This document shows positions 61,073 through 64,000 of a DNA stretch of 64,000 bases, piece by piece (within the stretch, counting starts at the first letter, position 1; each line of letters starts with the position of its first letter). Position numbers and translations under genes: made by a program. The DNA is from Centroscyllium fabricii. Lineage: Eukaryota. Location of the stretch: assembly GCA_051313645.2 (NCBI GenBank), contig JBNRSN020000003.1, positions 340,504,001 through 340,568,000 on the forward strand, written 5' to 3'. The notes below the pieces were generated by a model. It had not been told where the DNA came from. It did not search any database and saw only the letters and a list, made by a program, of their open reading frames with translations.

Positions 61073-61259
61073 TTTCTGGTTTAAATGTAATTTTACAAGG
61101 CTCAGAAATTTCCACAAAGGAACAGATACGTTAAGCTTGCATATCACAGACCAAATCTGAATGAAAACCAATAACTACCCAAGATGCATACATGTAATGG
61201 TTTATAATATTAGATATGTTTGTCTAATATGCCAAAATATGTAACAAAGAAGAGAACAA

Positions 61260-61450
61260 ATAAAAACAAAATATATGCTGGACATACAATGCAGGCCTTT
61301 CAACATCTGAAAACAGAAAAGACAGGTTCATATTTGTGGTGTACGCCCTTTGAGTGAACAAGTCTGAAGAAGGGACGCCACCTTCCATCTCTCTCCAGAT
61401 GCTGATTGATGTGATGGGCATTTCCAGAATTTTCTGTTTTTATTCCAGAT
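61260..61450. repeat. Degenerate dispersed repeat with inverted ends (Penelope/MER6-like); shorter relic at 40933-40998
   Basis: AAAACAAAA..TGCTGGA ... TCCAGAATTTTCTGTTTT ends, with internal CTGAAGAAGGG. Confidence 0.45.
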
Positions 61451-62350
61451 CTAAGTTTGTTTTCTTTTTCAACTGAACAGCTCATGTACTCTTCCTCTGC
61501 TCAGCTGGTTAAGAATTCCTATCCTCGTTTATTCATGTCACAATGGCATTGGTTTCTTGCTAGTGATTATGGGTAAATGATCCACCTGATGATTGCATTT
61601 CTATGGAAAGTCCCTGAATGACACAGAGTAGATGATGGTGAGTGGGATGGAAAGAGGGCAGAAGGGTGAAATGGACAGAAGTTATTTCATTCCAAGTTGT
61701 GGTACACAACTGTATAATAACTCCAGCTGTTACATCTACAGTGGGCCATATGATTCTGAAGTCATGTGACATCATTTAGGGGGACATGTGATATTATCCA
61801 AGTTAATCATCTAAATGGCAGTACTGGAGAAATATCTCATAGGAATTAAAAGTGCATAGCGATATTAGTCTAATAACTTCTAGTAAGAGACAAAAAATGT
61901 TGTGGTAATCCAGATGTTCTAAATAATTGAAAATAGCATTTACTGAGAGCCATTGAAAGTGATTAAATGGAAAGAATAGTTAATAGGGTTATGAAAGAAT
62001 AGCTTTATCATTTAAAGGTTTAGCTCTTCACTAATTTTTAAAGTGTAAATTCTCGGGCTCCCATTGCTGCAGAGATTTCTGTTGTGTGCAGGAATAATAA
62101 CCAAACTACTGTCATGGGAGTCATTTCTTGAGATGGATACTTTACATCTCTTTCCAAAGGGTCCACGCTGAATAATTCTCAGTAGCCATTATGGTTAATC
62201 AGTTGAGGCCAATAGAGTTCATCACTGTGGTTAATCCTTGGAATCATTGTAGGAAGGACCTCTTTCAAGAAATGAAATAGAGGGGAAAAAACTAAGAATA
62301 TCAGAGAGGAAGCAAAAAGAAAATTAAAGCAAAAATAGAAATGACGCAAT

Positions 62351-64000
62351 GGGGTCAATTTTCATTGAGCCGACAGGCGGCTTTTTCGGCGGCCGGGGAG
62401 GCAAAATCGCGGAAACAGGGGGTCGCGACCCCTCCCGCCGGTTTCCCAGCAGCTTGTGAATTTCAGCCCAGCAGGTCCGATTGAATCGCTTCAGTCCCAC
62501 CCGCAACCAGTGGGGATGGTCATTAGCCTCATTATGTACCCATAATTGGCATGTATACTACCATTTTAAGGGCCCCTTGCAATTTTCAGCCTTTTCCTAC
62601 ACTAAACATGCCTGGTGGGAACCACGGCGTTGAAACCTGGCGGGGACACGAGTGGCTTGCTGACTATCATTCAAGCAGCTGCAGTAGAAGTCATCCCTGG
62701 GCTCCAGCCTGCATCAGGACTAATTGTATCCTTAAGGTGTTCAAGATCAGTGAGAAAAAGGCTGTCACAAACTCACCTTGTAGCTGGTTTGGCAGAGAGC
62801 TCTTCAGTAGTTCTCAATGATATGGCTCAGCTGGAACAGGCAGCCATTGAAAAAAACTATAGCTGTCACTCTAGGGGAGATTTTGCTGGAAGTGTGGGGA
62901 ATTGCCGGAGTTCGGGCGTGGTAGGTTTTGGGGCCGTCCGCTAATGTGTCTGCATTTCCCATGGTATTTTTGGCTAAGTGCCCAATTAAATCCCCGCCTG
63001 TGGGAAGCCTTCTCAATCTAGGATTTCCAGTCAGAAAGTTGCACCGTATGACGTCAGCATTCCCGTTTCTTTTAATGCACACAGCTCGCCTCCCGCACTC
63101 CTCAAACTTCTGCTAACACTCAGCAGGATGGCAGAGTGAGAGGAAGCTGCATCGGGCAGCGGGAGGGAACGACCTGCGCCCAAATTCGATGCGGTGTCGT
63201 TGGATGCCTTATTAGAGGGGGCTAGGGCCCACAGGGCGGTTCTCTTCCCCTCCTCAGGGAGAAAGAGACCTCCGTCCCAGACGAAGGCTGCTTGGCTGCA
63301 GGTGGCTGAGGGGGTGACCTCCTTGGGAGTAAGAGCACGGTCCTGGCTCCAGTGCAGGAAGAGATTCCATGACCTTCACCACACTGCTAAAGTAAGTATT
63401 AATTTTGCATCACCCTCACTCTGATCCCCCTCACCTTTCCTCACCAGCACTTAGCTTCACCACTCCCATCCTCCACATCCCACTTCACTATCACCTCCAA
63501 GCACCCTTACCCATTCCCTCTCTCTCTATGCTCACATTCACAGGCCTTTTCGACCATGCAGCCCTCACACTCCCTCTCACTCTGATGCTTGCAGCACATC
63601 TGACAGCACACAGGGAGAGCCCTTGGTCTTGCATCCTTACTCCATCTTTCTCTCCCTCCAACTATCTTTGCTGTTCATTCACTGCACAAACTCCTTCCTT
63701 CTCACTAAACTTCCACTTGTCTCCCTCATTGCAGGAAAAGATAGCCAGCAACAAGCGGGAGAGAACTAGGACCGGAGGAGGCCCCCCTCCATCATGCACC
63801 TGACCACCTGGGAGGAGGGAGTTATGGAAATTGGGGGCGATGGAGAAGCGTCGGGAGGGGGAAGGGAGAGGCAGGGTCCACTTCGGAAGCTGGTGACAGA
63901 ATTGTTTAATATCTCTGTCATAGCTATCACATGAGTCTGCCACAATGAATATAAAAGCACTTCAGATGGACTTCTGCTCATCTGCTGAATGGTATGTGAA
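62351..64000 (+). mobile_element. Harbinger-type transposon, left part
   Basis: Terminus GGGGTCAATTTTC preceded by AAT; contains a spliced Myb/SANT gene. Confidence 0.65.
63128..63900 (+). pseudogene. Myb/SANT-like (NAIF1/MSANTD-like) gene: exon 1 63128-63391, intron 63392-63734, exon 2 from 63735
   Basis: RPAPKFDAVSLDALLEG..AWLQVAEGV..RSWLQCRKRFHDL..AK|GTAAGT ... TTGCAG|EKIASNKRERTRTGGGPP; in-frame TGA at codon 4. Confidence 0.8.

Noticed and set aside
61360-61400. Hammerhead ribozyme in a Penelope-like repeat
   Set aside because: CTGAAGA is present but the downstream GAAA core and stem II are missing.

Overview
Eukaryotic, almost entirely transposon-derived DNA. HE1-type V-SINEs carrying CR1 3' tails suggest a cartilaginous fish (shark or ray). 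I recognised no host protein-coding gene; every recognisable ORF is transposon-derived and most are disrupted. The window is a deeply nested TE cluster. It holds seven Ty3/Gypsy proviruses (A 7959-17788 -, B 12619-17438 + inside A, E 18230-24983 -, F 18492-22897 + inside E, C 25497-28408 -, D 30633-38248 +, G 44286-49170 +) and four solo LTRs. It also holds PIF/Harbinger-type transposons (HARBI1-like transposase and Myb/SANT genes), several MITEs, CR1, RTE, Rex1/Babar and other LINE fragments, and about eight HE1-like SINE copies. The most striking signal concerns five related Gypsy elements (A-E). They have no tRNA primer-binding site. Instead, the 13-15 nt starting 1 nt after the 5' LTR are complementary to their own LTR segment that ends in the poly(A) signal, with compensatory changes between the five subfamilies. 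The same family has a 23-26 nt leader and a single gag-pol frame (seen in A and C). Its RT active site reads YLDN rather than YxDD (B, C, D; YLEN in A), and a hairpin covers the polypurine tract (A, B, D). This points to a self-priming LTR retrotransposon lineage with an atypical RT. All coordinates and matches were read by eye.
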